A stretch of 39,358 nt of DNA from an uncultured Bdellovibrionales bacterium (GTDB taxonomy: Bacteria > Bdellovibrionota_C > UBA2361 > J135): contig CAZYRE010000007.1 of assembly GCA_964650155.1 (NCBI GenBank), positions 1 to 39,358 of the forward strand, written 5' to 3'. The number at the start of each line of letters is the position of its first letter. Position 1 is the stretch's first letter. Both the position numbers and the translations under genes were made by a program. Below are positions 21,353-31,800 of the stretch, piece by piece. The notes under the pieces are model-generated. The model saw only the letters and a list, made by a program, of their open reading frames with translations, did not search any database and was not told where the DNA came from.

Positions 21353-21913
21353 AGTGCCTTACTCCTTCCCTTACTTCGGTCGTACTACTGAAACAAATTC
21401 TTCCCTCGACTTATCATCCCAAGAAAGTTTCCTTTCTTAAAATGTGCGCGAAAAATATGCTCACCTAAATTTTATACCTACCTTGGCTGAGAGAAATGGC
21501 CCCGCCGACTTGCGGTTGCTTTCGTGGCTCTTCTCTTTGCAACGCTTACGGAGTCGAGGACCGAGAAACAAATTTTGAATCCAAAATTTATCTTCTGTCG
21601 TCTTACCAACGGAGATGATGCTTCCCCAAGTAGAGCCTTGCATCTCCTCGCAGCTGCGCGCATTTACAATAAAAAACCCCTGCTCGACCCGCATCTCTTT
21701 GTTATAGCTTTCGTAGCGATCGAAAACTTAGTAATGAGTGCGCTCGGTTAGCTAGGTTTATACTTGCCTATATGCGTCCCTTTCGGGAGACGGACAACTA
21801 TCACGCATGAGTAATAAAAGTCAAACAAATGCACGGTTTAAATTTACTTCTACATAATGGATAAAATCAGTGATGCCTTAAGATACAAAAGTCTTATTTT
21901 AATTGACTATTAG

Positions 21914-22480
21914 ATGTTTAACTATCTGATATCGCTAACTATATTTCTCGGTCATAGCCAGGGTGCTTTCGTTCTTTCTTACCTTAGTAAGCAGGCAGAA
22001 GCAGGAGAATCTTTCGCAAAAGACCTCCCTTGGGATCGGGTTAAAAGGGTAATCTCGTTTGATCTGCCGTTTAAGGTTGTTGAAGGGTACGAGGGGCCAC
22101 TAGAGTTACCTGTAGATCTAACATTTTTTATCGCACGTCATGACCCATTTATCTTTCCTCTTTTGAGTGGAATTTTTTATCCTGCCGGAAATGATTACCT
22201 TGGAAATACCGATGCGTATAAAGTAGTACAAAAAGCCGGGGCAAAAGAATTTAGAATTCAAAGAACGATGTCAGATGAGTCTCCGGTTAATCCAACAGTC
22301 CCAGGAAGTGCCGTCGATAATGCTGATAATCAATTTGAACATGATCCTTTTCTAGTCTCTTACTTCTTACCTCTATGCCAATCTAGAGACGAAAACAGGC
22401 TTGCCAGGGAGAGTTTTCTAACTTTAATTCTTGAGACTTTGCCGCTAGGTGTTCCTACTACCTTAGCCCGAGATGAATGA
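21914..22480 (+). CDS. alpha/beta-hydrolase-like fragment (GHSQG nucleophile-elbow motif 13 aa from the start); possibly an N-terminally truncated gene remnant
   Basis: 188-aa ORF and, apart from the Fic ORF at the far end, the only credible plus-strand gene. GHSQG lies at 21950-21964, preceded by a hydrophobic strand (LISLTIFL). Later segments TFFIARHDPF and FEHDPF could supply the Asp and His of a triad. A TAG lies immediately upstream (21911-21913). There is no SD, and there is no room for the N-terminal strands or oxyanion region of a complete fold. Confidence 0.4.
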   Translation: MFNYLISLTIFLGHSQGAFVLSYLSKQAEAGESFAKDLPWDRVKRVISFDLPFKVVEGYEGPLELPVDLTFFIARHDPFIFPLLSGIFYPAGNDYLGNTDAYKVVQKAGAKEFRIQRTMSDESPVNPTVPGSAVDNADNQFEHDPFLVSYFLPLCQSRDENRLARESFLTLILETLPLGVPTTLARDE

Positions 22481-22486
22481 TGGTGA

Positions 22487-23338
22487 TTATAAATTAAACT
22501 TTGATAAATCTAAGGGGCTGGCAACTTTCGCCTCAAACCAAGTTAGTAAAAGACGATTAAATACAAACTCACAAGCTTTAACTTCCAACAACGGCATTTG
22601 AACTCGCTTCGAATTTATAACCTCATTAATTGAAGTAAATCTTCCCTCTAAATCAAATTCAGCGACAAAGTTCCGATCAGTTCCATAGGTAGGATCAACG
22701 GAAGTATACCTCATCGTAAATCCAGAATTATGCTCTGTAAAGCTAATCCATTTAAGATCAGGATCCTGAGAGTTGTACTCTTGCGATGCTCCTGTCCTGA
22801 TATAACCCAAAAGGGACTTACGTTCATTATCGCCTAGAATAGGTGCAAGTAACTGCTTACTATTAGCCGATACTAACCCTTCTCCATTTTTCTCCTCTCT
22901 GATAACGGAGAGACTGGTTAATGTCGCAGTCGTCACAATCTCACCTAATATATCTTGGCCGCGTTTTATAGTGGCAGGGTTATCAGTTTTATATCTAAGT
23001 CTGTTTTCATCGACAATTGGATCAAATTGAAAATGGCCGGTTAAAATTCCGTGCTTAAAATGCAGATGAAGAGTGCCGTCTCTTTCCCGTGTCAACTGAA
23101 AAGTCTCGCCTCGATTTTGATACTGGTTACTCTGAAAAGTAAAAACGCGGATTGCAAAATCATCCCCTGGCATTAATCTAGAGAAAGCATCTTGGATCTG
23201 TAATCCAACTTTTTCATCTTTATTTTGTTCGATTGGTCTTTCCATATTCGTCAGTGACGTTATGGGATTTTTTGAGGGTCTTGTATCACTTAGATTCTGA
23301 GAGTCTATTTTTTGCCCTTCGGCTAAAAACATCAACAA
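22487..23338 (-). CDS. hypothetical protein (up to 283 aa), no recognisable family
   Basis: Complete ORF in the same orientation as the flanking core genes. The start is ambiguous: TTG 23338, ATG 23332, or ATG 23245 (MERPIEQ...). None has an SD. It overlaps the upstream ORF by 53 nt if the longest form is used. I saw no signal peptide or catalytic motif. Confidence 0.5.
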   Translation of the reverse strand: MLMFLAEGQKIDSQNLSDTRPSKNPITSLTNMERPIEQNKDEKVGLQIQDAFSRLMPGDDFAIRVFTFQSNQYQNRGETFQLTRERDGTLHLHFKHGILTGHFQFDPIVDENRLRYKTDNPATIKRGQDILGEIVTTATLTSLSVIREEKNGEGLVSANSKQLLAPILGDNERKSLLGYIRTGASQEYNSQDPDLKWISFTEHNSGFTMRYTSVDPTYGTDRNFVAEFDLEGRFTSINEVINSKRVQMPLLEVKACEFVFNRLLLTWFEAKVASPLDLSKFNL

Positions 23339-24542
23339 TTATAGGGTTTTTGCCGCGACTTGCTTGAACAATTAGCCACTGCTCAAAAGAGGCAACTACA
23401 TGGCCTTTTCTATAGCGAGGAGAGAGAAATGCTGAGACTTTACCGATATCAATTTGCTCAGCTAACTGTAGGACATTAATAAATGGCTCAACAAAGGTGC
23501 GAATGGTTTTTACGCCCTTTGGTTCTTTGATTAGTGCGGGAGCATCCAGTGCCTCCTTAACAAAATGTGTTAAGGCTTTTCCGTGAATCATTTTGGTCCG
23601 ACCACGTATGATTAATGAGCCCATGAACTTATGAGTACGTTTGAAAATTTCAAAACTTCCTACATGGCCTCTAGCTTCACGAGCCAAAGAAAACGCCACT
23701 TCCTCACGAACCCAAGAGTACAGATTCCTACCAAAAGCATGGTAAAGACCCACTACTCGGTGTTGCTGATTGATATAAATATAAAATCCCATCCGAGTAA
23801 TACACTTGATCCGATCTCCATCTTTAGCAAAACGGAGCGGCCGAAGAGGTTCTTCTTCTGGCTTAATAAGTTTTGCTTTCCGGATGATAGTGATAAGGGC
23901 AAGGGCTGCATCACTTAAGCTCTGATTAATATTTGGGAATCGTCCCATTACTTTCTTTGAGTTTGGAGCAAGTCTTGTGAATGTGCGAACAAATTCAATT
24001 GGCAGGATTACATCCTTATCCCCAACGGATACGCCAAGTTCGATGCCACCTTTCCCAGGAATAGAATGAACATCATTATTTCCAGTAAAAAGAGGATCTG
24101 AAGGATGAATAGTATCACTTGCCGGAGAGGGTGAGCCCAGGTAATAAGCCTTCCGATATCTCATCGGATCTTTAATTGGACAATCAACAAAGATTCCAGT
24201 TAAACATTTTTTTCCTTCTGCCAGGTAAAACCTTGGTGGCGTATCAGAACCAAAAAGTCGTTTAAATAATTTATCTTCTTTAATATCCTGAACACCACGA
24301 CCTACTAGCCATTCTTTATAAAGATCTACTGCGCGTTGAGTGTGAGAAAGTTCAACAAATAATCCATTTGGGGTGATTCGAAAGGCCTGATTAAATTCAA
24401 CAACAGGAACTTTTTTTGCTACCTCTTCAATGTAGGGAAGAAAATGAGGCGGTTCCGCTGGGACTACTTCTTTAGGAGACGAACCCTCTATCGGAGGTGT
24501 CGAGGGTTGTGTCGTTTCTGAAGAAGGCTGAGTGTCATCCAT
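23286..24542 (-). CDS. hypothetical protein (418 aa) with Pro/Ser/Thr-rich N-terminus, no recognisable family
   Basis: Long complete ORF starting 38 nt downstream of the rpoC terminator hairpin. The N-terminal 30 aa are low complexity (DDTQPSSETTQPSTPPIEGSSP). No SD precedes the ATG. I recognise no motif. Confidence 0.6.
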   Translation of the reverse strand: MDDTQPSSETTQPSTPPIEGSSPKEVVPAEPPHFLPYIEEVAKKVPVVEFNQAFRITPNGLFVELSHTQRAVDLYKEWLVGRGVQDIKEDKLFKRLFGSDTPPRFYLAEGKKCLTGIFVDCPIKDPMRYRKAYYLGSPSPASDTIHPSDPLFTGNNDVHSIPGKGGIELGVSVGDKDVILPIEFVRTFTRLAPNSKKVMGRFPNINQSLSDAALALITIIRKAKLIKPEEEPLRPLRFAKDGDRIKCITRMGFYIYINQQHRVVGLYHAFGRNLYSWVREEVAFSLAREARGHVGSFEIFKRTHKFMGSLIIRGRTKMIHGKALTHFVKEALDAPALIKEPKGVKTIRTFVEPFINVLQLAEQIDIGKVSAFLSPRYRKGHVVASFEQWLIVQASRGKNPIIVDVFSRRAKNRLSESK

Positions 24543-24570
24543 ACGGGATGCACAGTATCAAGAAGAGCCC

Positions 24571-24610
24571 ATAAATTCAAAGGGCGGTGAGAGTTACCCC
24601 TCACCGCCCT
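24571..24610 (-). terminator. intrinsic terminator-like hairpin downstream of rpoC
   Basis: On the minus strand, AGGGCGGTGAG-(8 nt loop)-CTCACCGCCCT forms an 11-bp GC-rich stem (24581-24610), followed by TTGAATTTAT. It lies 33 nt after the rpoC stop. Confidence 0.6.
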
Positions 24611-24643
24611 TAATAAAAATTCGGGGCAAACCCAGAATTTCTC

Positions 24644-27600
24644 TTAAATCAAGCCAGCCAAAGATTCTAGTGAAGACTGGCCAATTCGGAACTTACTGTC
24701 ATCGGCAACTGGCTCCTCACCTTCAGCTTTGATACGACGATTGTTGTATTCGTCCATACCAGAACCTGCAGGGATGAGTCGGCCCATGATTACGTTCTCT
24801 TTCAAACCACGGAGGTGGTCGACCTTGCCGCTAATGGAGGCTTCAGTCAGCACCTTTGTAGTTTCTTGGAAGCTAGCTGCCGAGATGAAAGAATCCGTTG
24901 TTAAGGATGCCTTAGTTATACCAAGTAGAAGCGGCTCGTACTGAGCTGGCTTTCCTTTCTTGGCCACAACATCTTGGTTTGCCCTATGGACACGATTTCT
25001 CTCTACGTGATCTCCAACTAATAGATCGGAATCACCAGAATCAGAAACTCTGACTCTCTTTAGCATCTGCCGAACGATAACTTCCATGTGCTTATCGTTG
25101 ATACGCACACCTTGGAGTCGGTAAATTTCCTGAATTTCGTTCACTAAGAACGCAGCCAACTTGTAGACACCTTCAATTCTTAAGATGTCATGTGGGTTGC
25201 TTGCACCATCTGTAAGAGCTTCACCAGCCTTCACAACGTCGCCAGCAGCCACAGCAATATGCTTATTCTTTGGAACGAGATACTCAACTGGCTCACCAAC
25301 TTCAGGAGTTACAAGTACTCTACGTTTACCGCGGAAGTCCTCACCGAAGCTAACGACACCATCAACCTCAGCTACAATGCTTGGATCTTTTGGTTTTCTA
25401 GCTTCAAAAAGTTCAACTACTCGTGGCAGACCACCGGTAATATCCTTAGTCTTGGTAGTAGCTCTTTCACGTTTAGCAATCGTATCACCAGCATCGATAT
25501 CAGCGTTATGCTCAACTGATACGCGTACGCCAACAGGCAGATTGTAAACACGTGTCTCACCGTTCTCACCGTGAACAACTACGCGAGGACGAAGATCGGT
25601 GCTCTTGTCCTTAGAAGGAACAATTTCGTTCTCAACGAAACCTGTTCTCTCGTCGGTACGCTCTTCGATCGTCAATTCATTAATATCCTGCCACTCAATG
25701 CGGCCAGCGATATCTGAAAGAATTGGAATCGTAAACGGATCCCATTCAGAGATCATTGCACCGGCTTCAACGTCTTGGCCTTCCTTGACCTTAACTCTTG
25801 CGCCGTAAACTATCGGATGACGTTCACGCTCACGTTGATCGTTTGGATCGATAATTACAACTTCGGCCTTACGGCTCATTGCAACCTGGGTTCCATCACG
25901 ACGAGCTACTAGTTTGCAGTTTTCAAACTTCACACGACCTGGGAAACGAGCTTCCAATGAGGTCTGTTCAGCTCTACCAGATACCGCACCACCGATGTGG
26001 AAGGTTCTCATGGTTAACTGAGTTCCTGGTTCACCGATTGACTGAGCAGCGATAACACCGACAGCTTCACCGATATTGACCAAGTGTCCACGTGCTAAGT
26101 CACGACCGTAACAGAGGCAGCAAACGCCGCGCTCACTGTCACAAGTTAGAGCGGATCTAATAATTACTCTATCTAATCCTGACTCAGTAATAACTGCGCA
26201 CTTCTCTTCATTGATCTCTTCGTTACGACGAACGAGGATCTCGTTGGTGATAGGATCATGGATATCCTCAAGAGCAACGCGTCCAAGGATACGGTTTGCC
26301 AATGATTCAATCTCTTCACCACCCTCTGTAAGTGCGGTTACCTCTAAGCCCTCAGATGTTCCACAATCTACTTCGGTAACGATTACGTCTTGAGAAACGT
26401 CAACAAGACGTCGAGTCAAGTAACCAGAGTTAGCGGTCTTAAGAGCGGTATCAGCTAGACCCTTACGAGCACCGTGGGTTGATACGAAATACTGAAGAAC
26501 GGTCAATCCTTCACGGAAGTTCGCCTTAATTGGGTTTTCAATGATCGATCCGTCTGGCTTAGCCATAAGACCTCTCATACCAGCTAGCTGTCTCATCTGC
26601 TGAATAGATCCTCGAGCACCGGAATCGGCCATCATGTAAACGGAGTTAAATGATGGGCCTTTCTTCTTCTCATTAGTCTCAGGATTTTTGAACTCATCAG
26701 TAGAGATGTGGTTCATCATGTCTTCAGCGATCTTGTCAGCTACGTCAGACCAGATGTCGATGACCTTATTGTACCGCTCACCGGCAGTAATAAGACCTTC
26801 TTGATACTGAGTCTCGATCTCGCCTGCCTTAGCTTCTGCTTTACGTAGAAGTTCAGGTTTAGAGTTCGGTATAATCATGTCCTTAATGGCGATGGAAGCG
26901 CCAGAAAGCATGGCGAATCTGTATCCAACGTCTTTTAGCCTATCAGCTAAGATAACTGTGGCCTTGTTGCCAGCTTCACGGAAAGCTTCGTCGATCAATT
27001 GACCAACTTCCTTCTTCTTCATGAGCTTATTGTAACGCTCAAATGGCAGAGCCTTCGGCATTGTCTCATACAACAAGATACGGCCAACTGTTGTCTGATG
27101 AACTTTTCCTTCAACACGACACTTGATGCCTGCTTGAAGTGCAACTTCTTGGAGTTCCCAAGCAAGACGAACTTCATCGGCACCACTGAATGTTTTCCCT
27201 TCACCCTTAGCAAACGGACGCTCTCTGGTCATGTAATACAGACCCAAGATTATGTCCTGAGAAGGAACGATAATTGGTTTTCCATGCGCTGGTCCCAAGA
27301 TGTTGTTTGTGGACATCATGAGTACACGAGTCTCGATCTGTGCTTCGACAGAGAGAGGTACGTGAACAGCCATCTGGTCACCGTCGAAGTCAGCGTTGAA
27401 TGCTGTACATACAAGCGGATGTAATTGAATAGCTTTACCTTCAATTAGAAGTGGCTCAAAAGCCTGGAATCCTAATCTATGAAGGGTTGGAGCTCTGTTC
27501 AAGAGAACTGGATGCTCTTTAATAACCTCATCCAAGATATCCCAAACGATTGGTTTACCCTTTTCTACCATCTTCTTGGCGCTCTTGATGGTGGTAACGT

Positions 27601-28768
27601 AACCACGCTCTTCAAGTTTGTTGTAGATAAATGGCTTGAATAATTCGAGAGCCATCTTCTTTGGAAGACCGCACTGATGGAGCCTTAACTCAGGACCAAC
27701 GACGATAACGGAACGACCAGAGTAGTCGACACGTTTTCCAAGGAGGTTCTGACGGAAACGTCCACTCTTTCCTTTGAGCATGTCGGAGAGAGATTTGAGA
27801 GGTCTCTTGTTCGGACCAGTTATGGTTCGACCACGACGACCGTTATCAAACAAGGCATCAACTGCCTCCTGCAACATTCTCTTTTCATTTCTTATAATGA
27901 TATCAGGAGAATTAAGCTCAATAAGTCTCTTTAATCGGTTGTTACGGTTAATAACACGACGATAGAGATCGTTAAGATCGCTAGTTGCAAAACGTCCACC
28001 ATCAAGTGGAACAAGTGGTCTTAGATCTGGAGGAATAACTGGAACTACAGTCAAAATCATCCATTCAGGACGATTGTTAGATGCCAAGAAAGATTTAAGA
28101 ACTTTAAGTCTCTTTATTAATTTCTTTCTCTTTGCATCAGAGGAAGTTTCCTTCAAGTCTGCAGCCAATTCGTCATGTAACTTCTGGCAATCAATACCAG
28201 TAAGCATGTTACGAACTGTTTCAGCGCCCATACCAGCATCGAAACGAGATCCAAAAGTATCTCTGGCTGTACGGTACTCTTTCTCAGTCAACAATTGACC
28301 GACTTCAAGCTCGCTCTCGCCAGCATTAGTTACAATGTAGCTTTCGAAATAGAGAACTTTTTCGAGATCTCTTAGGGATATATCAAGGATTGTTCCGATA
28401 CGGCTTGGTAAGCTCTTTAGATACCAAATGTGCGCTACTGGGCAAGCAAGCTCAATGTGCCCCATTCTCTCACGGCGAACTTTGGATTGAATAACCTCAA
28501 CGCCGCATTTTTCGCAGACTACTCCGCGATGTCTCATGCGTTTGTACTTTCCGCAGTTGCACTCATAGTCTTTGGTCGGTCCAAAGATCTTTGCGCAAAA
28601 GAGACCGTCACGCTCAGTTTTGAAAGTCCTATAGTTAATAGTCTCAGGTTTGGTTACTTCACCATGAGACCAACTCCGAATCTTCTCTGGGCTCGCAACA
28701 GATACTTTGAGCGCATTGAATTTGACCGGATTTTTGGGCTTCTCAAATAAGCTAAACAGGTCATCCAT
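24644..28768 (-). CDS. rpoC: DNA-directed RNA polymerase subunit beta'
   Basis: 1374 aa. Contains the zinc-finger [23 protein letters not shown], the catalytic NADFDGDQM, and trigger-loop and bridge-helix segments. Confidence 0.98.
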   Translation of the reverse strand: MDDLFSLFEKPKNPVKFNALKVSVASPEKIRSWSHGEVTKPETINYRTFKTERDGLFCAKIFGPTKDYECNCGKYKRMRHRGVVCEKCGVEVIQSKVRRERMGHIELACPVAHIWYLKSLPSRIGTILDISLRDLEKVLYFESYIVTNAGESELEVGQLLTEKEYRTARDTFGSRFDAGMGAETVRNMLTGIDCQKLHDELAADLKETSSDAKRKKLIKRLKVLKSFLASNNRPEWMILTVVPVIPPDLRPLVPLDGGRFATSDLNDLYRRVINRNNRLKRLIELNSPDIIIRNEKRMLQEAVDALFDNGRRGRTITGPNKRPLKSLSDMLKGKSGRFRQNLLGKRVDYSGRSVIVVGPELRLHQCGLPKKMALELFKPFIYNKLEERGYVTTIKSAKKMVEKGKPIVWDILDEVIKEHPVLLNRAPTLHRLGFQAFEPLLIEGKAIQLHPLVCTAFNADFDGDQMAVHVPLSVEAQIETRVLMMSTNNILGPAHGKPIIVPSQDIILGLYYMTRERPFAKGEGKTFSGADEVRLAWELQEVALQAGIKCRVEGKVHQTTVGRILLYETMPKALPFERYNKLMKKKEVGQLIDEAFREAGNKATVILADRLKDVGYRFAMLSGASIAIKDMIIPNSKPELLRKAEAKAGEIETQYQEGLITAGERYNKVIDIWSDVADKIAEDMMNHISTDEFKNPETNEKKKGPSFNSVYMMADSGARGSIQQMRQLAGMRGLMAKPDGSIIENPIKANFREGLTVLQYFVSTHGARKGLADTALKTANSGYLTRRLVDVSQDVIVTEVDCGTSEGLEVTALTEGGEEIESLANRILGRVALEDIHDPITNEILVRRNEEINEEKCAVITESGLDRVIIRSALTCDSERGVCCLCYGRDLARGHLVNIGEAVGVIAAQSIGEPGTQLTMRTFHIGGAVSGRAEQTSLEARFPGRVKFENCKLVARRDGTQVAMSRKAEVVIIDPNDQRERERHPIVYGARVKVKEGQDVEAGAMISEWDPFTIPILSDIAGRIEWQDINELTIEERTDERTGFVENEIVPSKDKSTDLRPRVVVHGENGETRVYNLPVGVRVSVEHNADIDAGDTIAKRERATTKTKDITGGLPRVVELFEARKPKDPSIVAEVDGVVSFGEDFRGKRRVLVTPEVGEPVEYLVPKNKHIAVAAGDVVKAGEALTDGASNPHDILRIEGVYKLAAFLVNEIQEIYRLQGVRINDKHMEVIVRQMLKRVRVSDSGDSDLLVGDHVERNRVHRANQDVVAKKGKPAQYEPLLLGITKASLTTDSFISAASFQETTKVLTEASISGKVDHLRGLKENVIMGRLIPAGSGMDEYNNRRIKAEGEEPVADDSKFRIGQSSLESLAGLI

Positions 28769-28792
28769 AAGGTCCTCTCCGAAAATTTGTAA

Positions 28793-28818
28793 GGTGGGAA
28801 GTTTTTAAACTTCCCACC
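28793..28818 (-). promoter_or_regulatory. perfect 12+12-nt inverted repeat (stem-loop) in the rpoB-rpoC spacer; function unknown
   Basis: GGTGGGAAGTTT-tt-AAACTTCCCACC, read directly from the sequence. On the minus strand it is followed by TTACAAATTTTC, then the GGAGAGG SD and the rpoC ATG. Confidence 0.4.
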
Positions 28819-28831
28819 CAATAATCTATAA

Positions 28832-31800
28832 TTAAGAATTAGCAGCCGTTGATGCATCAGAAGTTGAGTTGGTTCCCTCTTCTCCTTCAGCTTCCTCACC
28901 ACTCTTGTCCTCAACGAGTTCAACATCGAGGCCCAACGCCATAAGTTCTTTCATCATAACGTTGAATGACTCAGGCAACCCAGGCTCAAGCACATGCTCG
29001 CCCTTAACAATTGCCTCGTACATTCTAGTGCGGCCCTGTACGTCGTCAGATTTTACAGTTAGGAACTCCTGTAAGGTGTAAGCAGCACCGTATGCTTCGA
29101 GTGCCCAAACCTCCATTTCTCCTAATCTCTGACCACCGAACTGAGCTTTACCTCCGAGCGGTTGCTGCGTAACAAGACTGTATGGCCCAATTGATCGTGC
29201 ATGTATCTTATCATCAACCAAGTGGTCGAGTTTCAGCATGTACATGACACCGACTGTCACCTTCTCTTGGAAGGCATCACCTGTACGACCATCATAGAGC
29301 ACAGCCTGACCATCGTGTGGTAAGCCAGTGTACTTAAGAAGGTCATAGATCTCTGGTTCAGATGCAGAGTCAAACACTGGGCAAGCTACGTGGAGACCAC
29401 TCATCTGCTTGCGAGCAAGCTTGAATGTATCCTCATCAGTAAGTCCATTGATCATCTTCACAATGGATTCTTTCTGATATGCGCCAGCGATGAACTCACG
29501 AAGCTTGGCTGCTGCCTCTTTCTTCTGTTCAGCAGTAGTACCGAGTCTGTCAGCACCTGTTCTGGAATCAATGACCTCTTCCAACATCTCACGAACTTTG
29601 GCACCGACCTTCCATGATCCCCATCCAAGATGGGTTTCAAGAATTTGTCCAACGTTCATTCGAGAAGGTACGCCGAGTGGATTTAGAACGATATCAACTG
29701 GTGTTCCGTCTTCCATGTAAGGCATGTCCTCTTCAGGAACTACCTTGGAAAGAACACCCTTATTACCGTGACGTCCGGCCATCTTGTCGCCAACTTGAAT
29801 CTTTCTCTTGATGGCGATGAAGACCTTAACCATCTTGATAACGCCAGGAGCTAACTCATCACCTTCTTTCAAACGTTTGATCTTCTCTTGAAGAGCAGCG
29901 CGCTTATTGTTGATGAGCTGTCCGGTACGAACAACGATCTCGTTAACTTTCTCTTGAATCTTCTCGTTACCGATCTGGATATCACGGAGGTACTCAAAAG
30001 GAACCTCATTGATATGTTGCTCGGTTAAGATATCGCCCTTAGCGATTAACTGCTTACGCTTATCATCTATAAGTTTAGCAGCGATCTCTTTACCTGTGAG
30101 AAGCTCCTTGATCTGCTTGAGAGCGGCATCACGGAGGATGTTCATCTCATCACGTTGATCTTGCTCGATTCTCTCGATTTCACGCTTCTCAAGAGCCAAG
30201 GTTCTTTCATCCTTCTCAGTTCCCTTACGAGAGAAAACTTGAGCAGAGATGATTGTACCTTCAACGCCTGGAGGCAATCGTAAGCTGGTATCACGAACTT
30301 CACCGGCCTTCTCACCGAAGATAGCTCTTAGGAGTTTCTCTTCAGGACTAAGTTGAGTTTCGCTCTTCGGTGTAATCTTACCAACTAAGATATCGCCAGG
30401 CTGAACTTCAGCACCAACGCGGATAATTCCAGACTCATCAAGATTTACAAGCGCTTCCTCACCTACGTTTGGAATATCGCGAGTAATCTCCTCTTTGCCT
30501 AGCTTAGTATCACGAGCAATACACTCGAACTCTTCAATATGGATTGAAGTGAAGATGTCTTGCTGTACTAGACGCTCATTAATAAGGATTGAGTCTTCGA
30601 AGTTGTAACCGTTCCAAGGCATGAACGCGACGAGAACGTTTTGTCCAAGTGCTAATTCCGCCATATCAGTTGATGGACCGTCAGCGATCACTTCATTAGC
30701 AGAAACTTTTTCTCCAGGTGACACAATTGGTCTCTGGTTAATACAAGTGTTCTGGTTAGTACGGCGATACTTAACTAGGTTGTAAATATCTACGCCGGTA
30801 TCTAGTGGATCATCTGTAGTTTCATCTGACTTGATAACGATTCTATCTGCATCAACAGAAACGATAGTTCCTGCTCTCTTGGCAACCATGGTGGCACCAG
30901 AGTCACGAGCTACGTTTGACTCAAGTCCAGTTCCTACAAGCGGAGCCATAGTACGTAAGCAAGGCACGGCCTGACGTTGCATGTTTGATCCCATGAGGGC
31001 GCGGTTAGCGTCATCGTTCTCAAGGAACGGAATCAAAGCTGCAGCAACTGAAACTAGCTGCTTAGGACTTACGTCCATCTTGGTTACTTCTTCAGAAGCA
31101 GCCATCACGTACTCGTTGCTCTTTCTGGCTGGGATAGAGTTCTCAACGAACTTACCCTTCCCATCAAGTTTCACCTGACACTGAGCAATTACCTCTCTCT
31201 CTTCTTCAAGTGCAGAGAGATAGATAACGTCATCAGTAGCCTTGTGGTTCTGATCAACGATGCGGTACGGAGTTTCGATGAAACCGTAATCATTGATACG
31301 AGCATGGGTTGCTAGTGATGAGATAAGACCGATATTCGGACCTTCAGGGGTCTCAATCGGGCATATTCTACCGTAGTGGGTAGGATGCACGTCACGAACT
31401 TCGAAACCTGCGCGGTCTCTGGTTAAACCACCAGGTCCCAAGGCAGAAAGTCTCCGCTTGTGTGTAACCTCTGATAATGGATTTGTTTGATCCATGAACT
31501 GAGATAGCTGAGAAGATCCGAAGAACTCCTTCACTACTGCAGCGACAGATTTGTAATTGATCAAGTCTTGAGGAACGAGGGTATCAATATCCTGCATCCC
31601 CATGCGCTCTTTAACAGCACGCTCGAGTCTTACAAGACCAATACGGAATTGATTCTCAATCAACTCACCAACAGCTCTAACACGACGATTACCAAGATGA
31701 TCGATATCATCGATAGTGTAGTGAAGTGGATCGTTTGCACTCTTAAGTTCAAGGAGGTAACGAACTGTTTCCTTGATATCTTCTACTGTGAGTGTTCCAG

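Noticed and set aside
21461-21751. Three overlapping short ORFs (77 aa and 61 aa on minus, 75 aa on plus) upstream of rpsL, considered as small protein genes or as the missing N-terminus of the hydrolase-like ORF.
   Set aside because: They overlap each other in different frames, lack SDs and carry no recognisable motif. The plus-strand ORF shares a frame with the 21914 ORF, but at least five stops lie between them. The resemblance of KFIFCRLTNGDDAS to a hydrolase oxyanion region is too weak to call.
21440-21900. Possible tmRNA, RNase P RNA, SRP RNA or 6S RNA in the long spacer.
   Set aside because: No GAGGAAAGUCC-type P4 sequence is present. There is no tRNA-like acceptor or T-arm (GGTTCGA) and no GGAAGGAAGCAGC SRP core. 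Only a 9-nt CAGCCAAGG coincidence with 4.5S RNA was found. No family could be supported by eye.
23305-23316. A AAA AAT heptamer in the 418-aa ORF, considered as a dnaX-like programmed -1 frameshift site that would produce a fusion with the 283-aa ORF.
   Set aside because: The -1 frame hits TAG immediately (GGC AAA AAA TAG). The downstream ORF is in the +1 frame, so a -1 slip cannot join them. Only an indel or a +1 event could (see findings).
22487-24542. Compositional (GC) anomaly of the rpoC-rpsL insertion as evidence of horizontal transfer.
   Set aside because: Hand counts gave 38 G+C in 100 nt (22501-22600), against 25 in 60 nt of rpoC (25021-25080), which is about 42 percent. The difference is too small and the samples too short to support a claim. 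It needs a proper sliding-window calculation.
28654-28926. 90-aa minus-strand ORF spanning the rpoB-rpoC junction.
   Set aside because: It overlaps the end of rpoB and the start of rpoC out of frame. It is an artefact of the junction.
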